Assembly (NCBI GenBank): GCA_002269645.1
Contig: NIVC01004276.1
Location: 1-52,042 of the forward strand
Direction of reading: 5' to 3'
DNA from: Macrostomum lignano
Lineage: Eukaryota
Length of the DNA stretch: 52,042 bases
Below are positions 1 to 10,943 of this stretch, piece by piece. Made by a program: the position numbers and the translations under genes. Below the pieces are notes generated by a model. That model made no database searches. It was given only the letters and a program-made list of their open reading frames with translations, and had not been told where the DNA came from. How positions within the stretch are numbered: position 1 is the stretch's first letter; every line of letters starts with the position of its first letter.

Positions 1-115
1 GAAAGGAGGGAGAGGGCGAAGGGAAAGGAGGAGAGAGCGGAGGGAGATGGCGGAGGGAGAGGGCGGAGGGAGAGGGCGGAGGGAAAGAGGGAGAGACCGG
101 AGGGAGAGGGAAATT
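1..115 (+). repeat. GA-rich low-complexity repeat (GGAGGGAGAGGGC-like units)
   Basis: Repeated ggagggagagggc/ggagggaaag units from base 1. Confidence 0.8.
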
Positions 116-164
116 GAATTTGAAAAATTCAGTCCGCAGTCACCCAGCAGGCAGAATCTGAAGG

Positions 165-220
165 CCAATATAAAAGCCCCGAGTCAGATAACATACAATC
201 GCTTCGGTTGCCATGGCAGC
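165..220 (+). promoter_or_regulatory. Putative Pol II promoter: CCAAT, TATA box and RFX X-box
   Basis: CCAAT 165-169, TATAAAAG 169-176, GTTGCCATGGCAGC 207-220 (13/14 match to the palindromic X-box GTTGCCATGGCAAC). Target gene not proven. Confidence 0.4.
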
Positions 221-1610
221 AAGGCATCTCTAGCTTGCAACAGAAAATCCTTCTTTCAGAAAGAGTAAGAGATGGGCCTTGAAAATAAATGCAGCTCATT
301 GATTTTTGGGTTCGAAAGCGTTTGGGCTGTCTTTGATAGACTTGCGGTTGATGGTGGCAGATGACTGCCAGAGCGCTCGCTGCAACTGCAGATGCTCTCA
401 GCAGATGCCTGCGGGTCCCACAGCAGCTCCCCGTGAACTCTGCATGCAGACTGTGGGATCGCAGTCCTCGGAAACAGGTGTACCTTGATAAAAAGAACTT
501 GGATAAGAAGCCACTTTAAATTTCAAATGTTACTTTAAACATTCAAATGTTTGATAGTTACAATGCAATATTTTGTCTTTTAAACAAAAGCATCCTGATA
601 AAAAAAGCTCACTTATACATGTAGCTCACATGGAGCAAAGTGTTTTGCTGCCGCTTACTGCCCACACACAGACCAATTAGGCCACTGCACCAAGTAGTTT
701 TTTATCTAAAAGGTGCAATTGCATACGCATGCTACTACCACTGCTACTACTGAACTAATCTACTGCTCCACCAATACAAACCAAAGTTGATATCGTCAGC
801 ACTAGCACTATAGTCAAGACTCGAGCGGACTGCCGATGGCTCTGCCCCGGCGACTACCTTAGTACTTAACTTTAAGTATTAAACTACTAGTATTAAGCTA
901 CTTAAGCTACGTAGCTTAACTTCATTGATTATTATAGAGCACAAACTTCCAACACGATGGCTTCGCGAGAAGTCACAAGCGTGACAAACATTAGGCAGCA
1001 GCAGCGATATAACCACGGACTATCAAGCGTATGGCGTAGATGATGGCGTAGCATCCTGGTGCTGAGACATCGACGCTACTTGTATGCGGATGTTGCAGCA
1101 CTCGAGCCGACTCGAGAATGCTTGAAAAAGCACGTGATTCCCAAATAACAATGTCCATAATAATCGACTATACCAATGCTATGACCAGCCCACACTGATC
1201 GAAAAGTGACGCTCATGCAGAAGATTTTAACAACCACAGGAAAGCAATTGAGGCAATTTAATGCCCTCACTTTTGCGGCTCTGTTCATTCAACTGAAAAA
1301 TAATAATTAAAGGAGACGAATTCCGGAATGTCAATTATTTGATTGAGAGAGCAAAGCGTTTAAATGATCGCAAACGGGTATCGTGCTTGATTACGATATT
1401 GAATCACTTGATGCTGTGGAAGAGCCACATCCACTGATAGGCGATCACCCAATATTTTTGCACAAATGCTTTTGCAATTTATTCAAAAGGAAAAAATGCG
1501 CGTGACCCCAGATCCCCCTTGGCCGCACGCGATCTGCGCAGGAAATAAATACACATCGAGGTGAACCGGCCGATCTCACATCGCCGGGATCCCATCAAGA
1601 CGCCTTTGAA

Positions 1611-2714
1611 ATGTCGAACGATACGATTGACAAGCCGCGGAAGTTCATCGATAGCCTGCAGTTTCTGTTTATCGACTGCTGGAGCAATGCTCCTGAGGCT
1701 GTCTCGTTCTGCAGGATCAACACCGTGCTGGGATTCCTGTCCGGAATCATTCTCCCAATCTTCTTGGTAGGCGGATTCGTCGGGAACAGTCTTACTACTT
1801 ATATCTACCTGAAGAAGCTGCGGCCTCTGACGCGTCAAGGTGTGTACTTCAGTGTCATCGCCATCTCTGACAATTTCCACCTCTTCATTGTTGGATTAAT
1901 GTGGATGTTCTTGGCCAAGGGTCTGCCTTGGGTCAGCGGCGCTAGAATTGGTTTCTTTCATGTGAACGCGTCCGATGCTGCCTGTACCATTGTGCGCCAT
2001 CTTGAAGCACTGTTCAGCGTCAGCTCCAGCGTTCTGTTCCTTGTGATGGTGGTTGACAGGTGTCTGACAGTGTATTTCCCGTTGAAGTTCCAGACGGTAT
2101 CGGCGAAGACTTCGATGAAGGTGTGTCTCTTTGCTGCCATCCTCAGCGCGGCTCTGGCTGCTCCCTACGGCTCGCAGTTTCGTTGGGTTATTTGGGGCGA
2201 CTCGACTGTTTGCTTCTTTTCCCTTGAAGGCTGGCAGTACACGGTGTTTTACACCTATGTAAGCCTTTTTGTTCTCCCAGCGGCTGTTGAGTTCTTCATA
2301 ATTTTGATAGCAAATGGATTCCTCATTTGCAAGATGAGGGATATTGTGGCTGAGCAGGCTAAGATTCGAGCGGGATCAGGTGAGAACAAGCTCACCAACA
2401 CCATTATTTGTGTGGCCCTGTCCGCTGTGCTGCTTGTCTGCTCGATACCAACTGTCTTGGGCAACCTCATCAACATGACACTGACAATCATTGGCGCAGA
2501 GACTTCCATTGCCTTCCAGAAGATGCTTTGGGGCATTGTCGATATCGGAAGAGTTCTTGTGCTGTTCAATCAGTCGGTGAACTGGATTGTTCTGCTGTGG
2601 AAGAGCCGTCAATTTCGTCGGGCATTCCGTGAGATCTTTGGCTGCAGCAGCAGATCAGCTCGAGGCCTCGAAGCTGCCAACCCAAACGCTGCGCCCCGGG
2701 GCCAGAGTCCGTGA
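1611..2714 (+). CDS. Rhodopsin-family (class A) orphan GPCR, peptide-receptor-like, single exon, 367 aa
   Basis: Seven hydrophobic segments; TM1 GFVGN, TM2 IAISD, TM3 end VVDRCLTVYFP, TM6 CSIP, TM7 FNQSVNW, helix-8 SRQFRRAF; N-glycosylation sequon NDT near the N-terminus. Confidence 0.92.
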   Translation: MSNDTIDKPRKFIDSLQFLFIDCWSNAPEAVSFCRINTVLGFLSGIILPIFLVGGFVGNSLTTYIYLKKLRPLTRQGVYFSVIAISDNFHLFIVGLMWMFLAKGLPWVSGARIGFFHVNASDAACTIVRHLEALFSVSSSVLFLVMVVDRCLTVYFPLKFQTVSAKTSMKVCLFAAILSAALAAPYGSQFRWVIWGDSTVCFFSLEGWQYTVFYTYVSLFVLPAAVEFFIILIANGFLICKMRDIVAEQAKIRAGSGENKLTNTIICVALSAVLLVCSIPTVLGNLINMTLTIIGAETSIAFQKMLWGIVDIGRVLVLFNQSVNWIVLLWKSRQFRRAFREIFGCSSRSARGLEAANPNAAPRGQSP

Positions 2715-3375
2715 TTTCGTCCGGGATTTGGCTGACATCTACGTCAATTCGAAATGAATAATGACTAAATTCGTATGCAACGTTACGGAACTATAACGCC
2801 AACGCTGCAACGCTACGCAAAAAAACTTAATATTCTAGGAGTCTTGAAGACAGCATATTACAGTGACAACTCGATTGTTAACCAATTTAATATGAAAAAT
2901 AAATAAATATTAACCGGATACTTCTGCAACCCACTTTTAATGACTTCTCGATTTTTTAATTAATTTTAGAGAAGTTTGACTCATAAAGCTGTGGAACCTC
3001 TTATCGTATATACTTAAAATTAGGCAACTAAGAACAATGTGAGTGCAGTTTACTTTTCACTCTACTACTCACCGATACTACTGGATCGGTGAATCTATAA
3101 GATCAGTTAGAATTAACCATTCGTTGAGAATCGTTGTATATAAGGTCTTGACGCTATTAATTATTTCACTAGAAGTGGCCCAAAGACACTTCTGAGCCTG
3201 ATGAAGCTGTTAAACGGTATGGAGAGCTGTGCTGAGTACTCCAGCTTCTCCGTAGGTCCTGTGTCCGACAGCTACAGGCTACAGGAACTTTCCTACAGGA
3301 ACCGTCGATGGTCCGTTCGTTTAGGATCTGATCTAGATTTCGAATTTTTGTAAAAATGATTGTTTATTGGCAAAG

Positions 3376-3692
3376 GGGGTTGTAGCCTCAGGAGGTTGTA
3401 GCCTCAGGGGGTTGTAGCCCAGTGGTCAGAGCGTCGGACCCACGACTGAAAGGTCGGGGGTTCGATTCTCGACCCACTCGGAACAATTGTGACTTTGAGC
3501 AAGACACAGCCAACTCTGCATTGCTTCAGTTCACCCAGCTGTAAAATGGGTGCCAGCATTAGCCGGGGTAATTCGGGGTGCGTGCGGAGACCCCACAGTC
3601 CTTGGACTGAACAGCCGTACGCAGCCTTCAGATCCGCCGCGCAAAAAATAGCTGCGGCCGAGCTGTCGGTTGCACATCTGGGGCAGGCGTAA
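3376..3692 (+). mobile_element. tRNA-derived SINE, near full length (5' head triplicated)
   Basis: A-box-like TAGCCCAGTGG, B-box GGTTCGATTC, CORE-like gtgactttgagcaagacac...cagttcacccagctgtaaaatggg; four more copies in the window. Confidence 0.85.
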
Positions 3693-4124
3693 TCAGTTAT
3701 TATTATTTAATGTAAAAACATATTGGCTAATTGATTCTAAGAAATGCGGTTTATTAAAGCTATTAGGCAGAATAACTTTGGCTATTGGTAGTGTCCAAAG
3801 TTAACAGGTTGTAATTAGACTGTGTTTTATTGAAATGTTCAAACGCGTGAATGCTAAGTTTACCAAATATTTCCTTGTTGAACCTTCGTTAAGCATAAAA
3901 AATTGACAAGTGAATTTTGGACTTAGACTGACCTGTCCAAACTTTTACTTCAGCCCCTTTTAGTTCAGAATATTTGTGTTCGTCACTGCATGCACTGCTT
4001 TATTTCGGCCTGCTTATTTTTCTTTGTTAACTGTATTTTACACTACTGACAATTGTATCTTCATAGTAGTATGTTTTCTTTGTATATGTAACAATTTACT
4101 AATATTAAATAAAAATAGATTACC

Positions 4125-4396
4125 TCTTGCGCCAAATTTGGTCGGATGTGCAAACACGGACAGCTCAGCCACAGCTATTGCGTACGGCTGTTCAGTCCAA
4201 GGACTGGGGGTCGCCACACACCCTCAATTACCCCAGCTAATGCTGGCACCCATTTTACAGCTGGGTGAACTGAAGCAATGCAGAATTAAGTGCCTTGCTG
4301 AAGGACACAAATTGTTCCAGTGGAATCGGGAATCCGGGAACCCCCGAAATTCAAGTCGTGACTTCGACCCTCTGACCACCAGTAGGCTGCAACCCC
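4125..4396 (-). mobile_element. tRNA-derived SINE copy (same family)
   Basis: Reverse complement matches the 3376 copy (gctggcacccattttacagctgggtgaactgaagcaatgcag; cagtccaaggactg); head more degenerate. Confidence 0.85.
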
Positions 4397-4603
4397 TGGT
4401 AAAAGAATGCAAAATTGATAATTCAACGGTAGAAACTTAAATAGTCAATTTCTTGTTCTGGTATATTTTTCTGTTGATAAAATTTGTCATTGATAAATAT
4501 CTTTCATGGCGACACTGAATCATTTTCACCTTCTAAAATGATAGAATCTAGCAGTTCACATGCAATTTCGACTTCACTCGCCATTGTCTTTGTTCGGCTG
4601 GCT

Positions 4604-5190
4604 TCACTTGCCGTACTGAACGTAGGGCCCGTACTTGTTGAGCAGCCAGTTGTACTTTTGAAGGTCGCTGGAGCTCGGCTGCAGGGATCGAGCTTCGCTT
4701 GGACTGGAGTCCTCATTGACCAGCTTGTCGATCAGGCTCTGCAGGTCGCCTTTGTCGCCTTTGCTCTGAAGTATAAGAAGTAAAGCTTGCATTCTTATAG
4801 CATTTTCAAGTAATTAGTTTCCATGGGCTTTAGCAAGAAGCATCCGCAGGCACACGGAGAGGCATACCCTGAATTGGGAGAATTAGGCAAGCGACAGGGC
4901 AATTTCTGTGCAAAAGTACCAAATGGCCTCGCTCGAAATCGAACTTGGGTACTTCGGCGCGATTAGACCCAGAAGCGTAATTAAGTACAGAGCTGCTTTG
5001 CTCAATAAAATATCCCATGAAGAAATGCATGCTACTGAAAGTAGACCAAGTGAAACATATCAATTACATTGCACAAAGAACTTACGGATCTGGGTAGGGC
5101 GTCTGCTCTGCCAGCAGACAGCAGGCAGACTGTGAAGGTGCAGATGCTGAACAGCAGAAGCATTTCAGCAACTGTTCCTTTGAGATGCAT
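4604..5190 (-). CDS. Secreted neuropeptide/hormone precursor, 88 aa, ending in YVQY-G-K (predicted amidation)
   Basis: Exon 1 5190-5086 encodes MHLKGTVAEMLLLFSICTFTVCLLSAGRADALPRS (signal peptide), followed by donor GTAAGT. Exon 2 4765-4604 follows acceptor cttcttatacttcag in phase 0 and encodes SKGDKGDLQSLIDKLVNEDSSPSEARSLQPSSSDLQKYNWLLNKYGPYVQYGK*. TATATATA at 5268-5275 upstream. Confidence 0.75.
4830..4990 (-). mobile_element. Possible degenerate tRNA-derived SINE (second family) in the neuropeptide intron
   Basis: B-box-like agttcgatttc on the minus strand; loose resemblance to 32815-32900. Confidence 0.25.
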
Positions 5191-6160
5191 TTTCCAATAT
5201 TTGCGTTGCTAGCAGTTGGTCCAACACACACGCGAGTCTTGCCGAGATTCTAGCACTAACTGCAGTGTATATATAGTGTTCGCATTCCCCACTGCCGCGC
5301 CATGATTTGCAAGGCAGCCAGGATGACAGCTTGACAATTCGTATCCGACATTTCCCGATGGCGCACTCATCCGTCCTGTTTTAAAATTAAGCTACTACGA
5401 CGGCGACTCGCCGTGTCATAAGGCGAACATTTGCCTACGGAGTCGCCTCTTTGACATCTGTCTGACACATCTAATGCTCTGTCAACATACGCCTAAGAAA
5501 ACTAAGCCCACTTAATTATAGGTTGCAGGCCACACGGCGCTTTTGTATTCAAATAAAATGCCAACAATAATTCTGTAGAATCTGCGGCATGCCATTTAGA
5601 TAGTCTTATGCTGTCTGCCCACCTCTACTCAAGTATCTAGGAATTATGCTAGAAGCATTATACATGGGCGTGGTCGCACATATTCGATTTAGGGCATATT
5701 GATATTCACCGCAACTCTTCATGCAGTATCCTGTTTCAGCCAGTTTTTGTCTTTCGTTTTCTAGCATCTTAATACCTATGGCTTTGTCATTATCCTTTCT
5801 TGCTTTGCTAAGCCGGCTGAGCATAGTGTCGTGATCCCCTTGGGGAGTTCAGCACAAAGCAGCATCAAAGCATGCCGTGTCTCCAGCTAAGATTAATTTC
5901 CACCCTCAGTCATGTTGCACTTGCTTGAGAGGCAGCGAGGGAAAACAAGGACGGAAGGAGACGCAAATACAGATTTGGGATCAGGAAGTGGGGCAAAATG
6001 TGGACAGAGACAAGCATCTAAAAACATTTTTAGAAAATTAGCTTGCGTCGATTCTAAGCCTAAAATATCAAAAGGATGGCAGCCTTTATCCAACGTCCCG
6101 CTGGGGTCTATTTTGAGTGGGCTGTGCGTCACAATTTAAAATATAGCCTACAGTATTGAA

Positions 6161-6229
6161 ATAGATAGATAGATAGATAGATAGATACTCGTAGAAAGGT
6201 AGATAGATAGATAGATAGATGGATAGTAG
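6161..6229 (+). repeat. (GATA)n microsatellite
   Basis: Direct reading. Confidence 0.95.
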
Positions 6230-6504
6230 ATGGCGAGAAAGAGCGAGCGAAGCGAGCTCTTTCGAGCTTGCTTGCCGCAGCCAATCAAGCTGAAAGCACG
6301 CACACAAGATCACCGAAAACGATTAAGGCAGTTGGAAAGCCAATGGGCGCGGTAAGCGCTTTTATCCAGAGGAACTACCTGCTGGAACCAGCCATGCCGA
6401 ACGAAAATCAGACTACTCAAGTAGTGCAAAAGAGTGCAAGCAACTACCGAGAAATCTAATTTTCTAATTAGAAATTTTCTAATTTTCTAATTTTCTAATC
6501 TAAT

Positions 6505-6986
<482 letters not shown>

Positions 6987-8040
6987 TATTATTATATTCA
7001 TAAACGTAGGTGCACTATTAACCAGCTAACATTTATTATTGCGACAAAGTGGGGAACAACACTGAGGAAAAAGAAACTCAAAGCATCTTGCCATAACGCA
7101 TGAATACTTGCTCGCATGGATGCATCTCATCTTCAGAGACATCGATTATCGACCGCCATTCTGCTGCAAGCCTGAGTGTGAGACACTTCTGCAGCACTCT
7201 TAAGTAAAAGCCGCAGGTGTGCGAGACTCCACTTGAGCCAGGAATTCTGCTCTGCTCTTTGCAGAAGAAATAAGGTGTGAGAAATTCCTTTTGTCGCAGT
7301 TGCTGTTGCTGCTGCTGGCTTCGGTCGATGTATCCAGTCTGTCTGTTTTGAGCAGCCCCTTAAGGATACTCAACCAACAGCTTGTGACTGTCTGAAGAAA
7401 ACTCTAGTGTCTGAAAATCGTGCAGTTCACTTGGGTGCTTTCATTTGCACTTGTGACTAACTTGCTGGGATGCTACCAGTAGGAGCAACCATCCACCCAA
7501 TGATTTACGGCAGGGCCAACAGTCTACCAAGGCGTGATTTCCCGCTTACGGCCCCCGTTGCTTTGCCCCAGTTAAAGACTGCTTAAAACTGATTGAAAAA
7601 ACTACGGCTCGTAAAAGCGAAATCTGCAGGATGTACGCTTACACGTGTATATTTTTTGTACTTTTTGCAGAAAATACATGCAAAATCAAATTAGTGACGC
7701 GATAGACTAAGCTAGTAGGCTACGCTCGTAGTTGACTGATCCGTGGCACTGGGTTTTCGTCCTTCAAATCTTTAAAATTTGATTCAAAATCAATAACATC
7801 AAGTGAGCCTTGCTTAATAATAATTGGTGCAACGAGGTGCGAGCAAGGGCTACTAGCTATTGGTTCATCATAAGGTGCAGCTGCAACTGTTCAAGTTCAA
7901 GAAGTTCAAGAAAGTTTCTTGCAACAAAGCAAATAGAGCAACTACCGCAGTACAGTAATCGGCAGTCGACGAATTCTTCCCCCGATGACGTCATCAAGGA
8001 CCACTTCTAGTTAACAGTAACTTCGTGTGGTCCTTGAACG

Positions 8041-10943
8041 TCATCTTCCCAATCGACGGAAGATTTTGTAGGCCAGGATGAAAATTCCGGCAACAACTAC
8101 GACAATAACAGCGATGGCGAGGAATGCCACGATGAATGGCGACAGTAGGGCCACGGCTATTATTAGTAGCAGAACAATGCCGACTGAAAAGAGAGGGAGC
8201 AATAAATCCGGTTGACAATGAGTCATAAATCATGGTAATGAGTGTACCAGATGATTTACGATTGATCTTCGACTAAAAAATCCACCTAGACTCAGTGAAA
8301 ACTCTCACGCAGTCGAAGGCCTCGCATTGTGCGCCTGAGCGCGGGTCGGTCCCTCTGGTAGATGTAGCGGCATCCGAACACGCTTAGCGCGTCAGTGTGA
8401 CCGCCAAAGATTGACTCGACGTGCTGTTGAGACATCAGCAAGTAGCAGCTCAACTCCGGCGACCAGCTCTCGCCGCAGCGATAGCAGAAGACGTGCGAGC
8501 ACTCGAGACAGCGGCTGCAGAACTCTTCTTGCTGGTGCTGCGCCGGTTGTAGCTGCTGTTGCTGCTGCTGTTGCTGCTGCTGGTGATGCAGATCGAGGCC
8601 CAGCGGCAGTGGAACCAGGGCGGAACATCGGGGACACTGTCGGGATCGGGACAGCTGCAGTCCACTGACCGGATCGGTGACCATCTCGGTGGTCATTTCC
8701 TCTAACCGGCGTTTCACAATCGGGCAGTGCAGGCCCACGTGTGACCGGGTGCCGCACAGGTAGCAGAAAACAACCTGGCACAGATCGCAGCGAGTTTCCC
8801 AATCGTAGGGAGTTCGGCGCACTGACGTCTCAGGCAGGGCAACGAAGTAGCGACAAGACGGGCCGGGGCAGGGCCGAGCTAGCGGCACTGAACGATTGAA
8901 CTCTTCCCAGAAGCGAAACTGTCGACAGAGTCGAGCGTTCCGGGAACGCTGGGCAGCTGCCTCGGCGAGGTCCAGGGGAACGCAGTCACCAGCGTGGTGT
9001 GGTGCTCTGCAGGCGTAACAGAATTCGTAACCGCAGCGCGAGCAGATGACGTGGTTGCAGCCGGAGTCCTTCTCAATCAGGACGCAGCATCGGGGGCAGC
9101 GTTGAGCTCGTCGTAGAATCTGCCCGTTCTCCGAATAGGTTACATTGCACCACTGCGCCAGCAGCTGGTCCTGGCTGCGCCGGAAGTTGGCGCAGCTGCG
9201 GTCTGCGTGGAGCGGAGCGTGACAGTCGAAACACCAGGCCTGTGGATTTGGTAATTGTGTGTTTGTAAATGAAGATGGTGAGCATATGTTGTTGCACATG
9301 CAGGAAAGTATTCTAACCAAATTGGTTTTATTGTTGGTCGTGCAACGGCTTGGTGAGTCTAATGCACTCCAGAGCTGGTATACAAGGTCAATGCAGTTAC
9401 CTGAAAGCAACGCTGGCAGGCAACTGTGCAGGCAACTGTGGAGACATCGTCAGTGTCTTCACCGCTAGGATTTGGTTCCGACTCGGCACCAGTAGTTGGC
9501 TGCTGTTGAAGGGCCCCCATCGGGGGCTGCGTCTGCTGCGAAGGCGTTGGTGGTGGTCGAGGCGTCAGGAGGCCGCAGTGTGGGCAGGTCCGGCTGTCCG
9601 AGCCCACCGCCTGGTCTGCCAGCCGACGATCAAGCAGCGTCAGCAGCTGCCGGTTAAAAATCGGACCATTGTCGCCATAGTAACCACTGCAGCAGTTGGC
9701 CAACAGAAAGCGCAGCTGAGCAACGCTGAAAACGGCCTCGGCAGGGCAGAGCGGACACGGCGGCGGCTGCGGCCGGCCCTCCAGCAGGCGCGAGCGAGCA
9801 TGGTCAGCGAGGCATGCAAGGCAGACCCGCTGGCGGCAGCAAGGAGTCAAAGCCAGTAGTCGTCCGGGCTCCAGACAGACTCGATCGCAGGTACCGATGG
9901 CCAGGACTCCCAGTCCCTCTGGCAGAGACAGTCGGGCTGTCAACTCATCAGCGAGAGCTGTTGTCCACAACGACAGCCAGCAGTCGACATCGTTCAGTGC
10001 AGCGCGCAGGCACAGATGAAAGATTCGGCCGCTGCCAGCACGGTCACTGCCGTCGGTTTCAGCGTCGTTTCCAATGTCATCGGAATTGACATCCGCTTGA
10101 ATGGCTGCCTTGAGGACAGCCAGACGGTCTCGCTGGCCAGCCGTGTCGGCCACAGCGGAGACACACAGCAGATCTATGAGCAATCCGGACTCGAAACCGG
10201 CGAACCGACGATTTTGGCGGTGCCGCAGGCGATGAAGCTGTCGCCAGCAGAGGCGACGGGACCAGGCGGTGAACCTCTGAGCCGCTTCTGCGGCTGCCGC
10301 TGCTGTTACTGCAGCTTCTGTGTCGTCGTTATCCGCAGCAGTGTCAGCATAGAACCGACTGCCTAAAGATAAAATGTTGGACTGCATTCGTTTGGTTGGA
10401 AAAATATTTTTATGATAGCTTGAGAAGCGTCTGAAAAATGCACTATTAAACTTTGTGACGGTTGGTAAGGTAACCAAGCACAGAACTCGTTGTGAGTCTA
10501 TTGACGACCCGGCATCATGCTGTACAGGACACGCTTCATAGACCAACCCCAAGAAGTTTAAACTTAAATAATTCACTGAGCATACCTAGCAGAGCCCGAA
10601 CGATCCGCCACGGGCCCATCGATCCGGAGATTGACAGGCTGCTGTTGTCAGCGTCACTTAACTCTTCCGCGTCGTCCTGCACGTCTGCCAAATCACCTGG
10701 CATGTGTTTCTGGTAGTCGCCCAGCTGCCCATCATCAGCTTGGCTGTCTTTGGCGGGGCGATCGCGCTTCTCCCCGTCGTCATCGTCATCGTTGCCAGTA
10801 CTTTCCGCGTCGGAAGCGGCCGACGATGCATCGCTGGCCTCCATGGCGATGTTGACGTGACCGCAGCCTCCGGAAGGCCCGACCGACTTCGGGCCGCTCA
10901 GCTGCTGCAGCCGGCCCTTCAAAGCTGTCTGAAGTTGCTCCAT
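8041..10943 (-). CDS. RNF217: RNF217-like transmembrane RBR E3 ubiquitin ligase, 797 aa, with extra IBR-RING2
   Basis: Exons 10943-10586, 10362-9401, 9239-8309, 8183-8041 (phases 1,0,1; total 2394 nt). RING1 (CDRVC...CCRQRVCLAC...CPLC), IBR, canonical RING2 CPRC..IEKDSGCNHVICSRCGYEFCYAC. FGGHTDALSVFGCRYIYQRDRPALRRTMRG resembles the RNF217 motif FGDHTSNLSIFGCKY..ERPHLRRLVRG (from memory). C-terminal hydrophobic anchor. Confidence 0.85.

Noticed and set aside
3195-3275. Hammerhead-like CTGATGA plus nearby hairpin
   Set aside because: No GAAA core or three-stem arrangement found.
3407-3480. tRNA gene
   Set aside because: A/B boxes are present but run into a shared SINE body, with no acceptor stem; same for the other copies.
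5352-5372. Near match to 12230-12253 on the minus strand (ttcccgatggcg(cg)cactcatcc)
   Set aside because: Short, with a 2-nt indel and no extension; treated as chance.
5606-6459. Short ORFs, including MARKSERSELF...ESQWAR with a GTAAGC donor at about 6351
   Set aside because: No recognisable motif and no partner exon identified.
7200-7395. 63-codon open frame on the minus strand after an AG, containing a KR site
   Set aside because: No signal-peptide exon or start found; may be RNF217 3' UTR.
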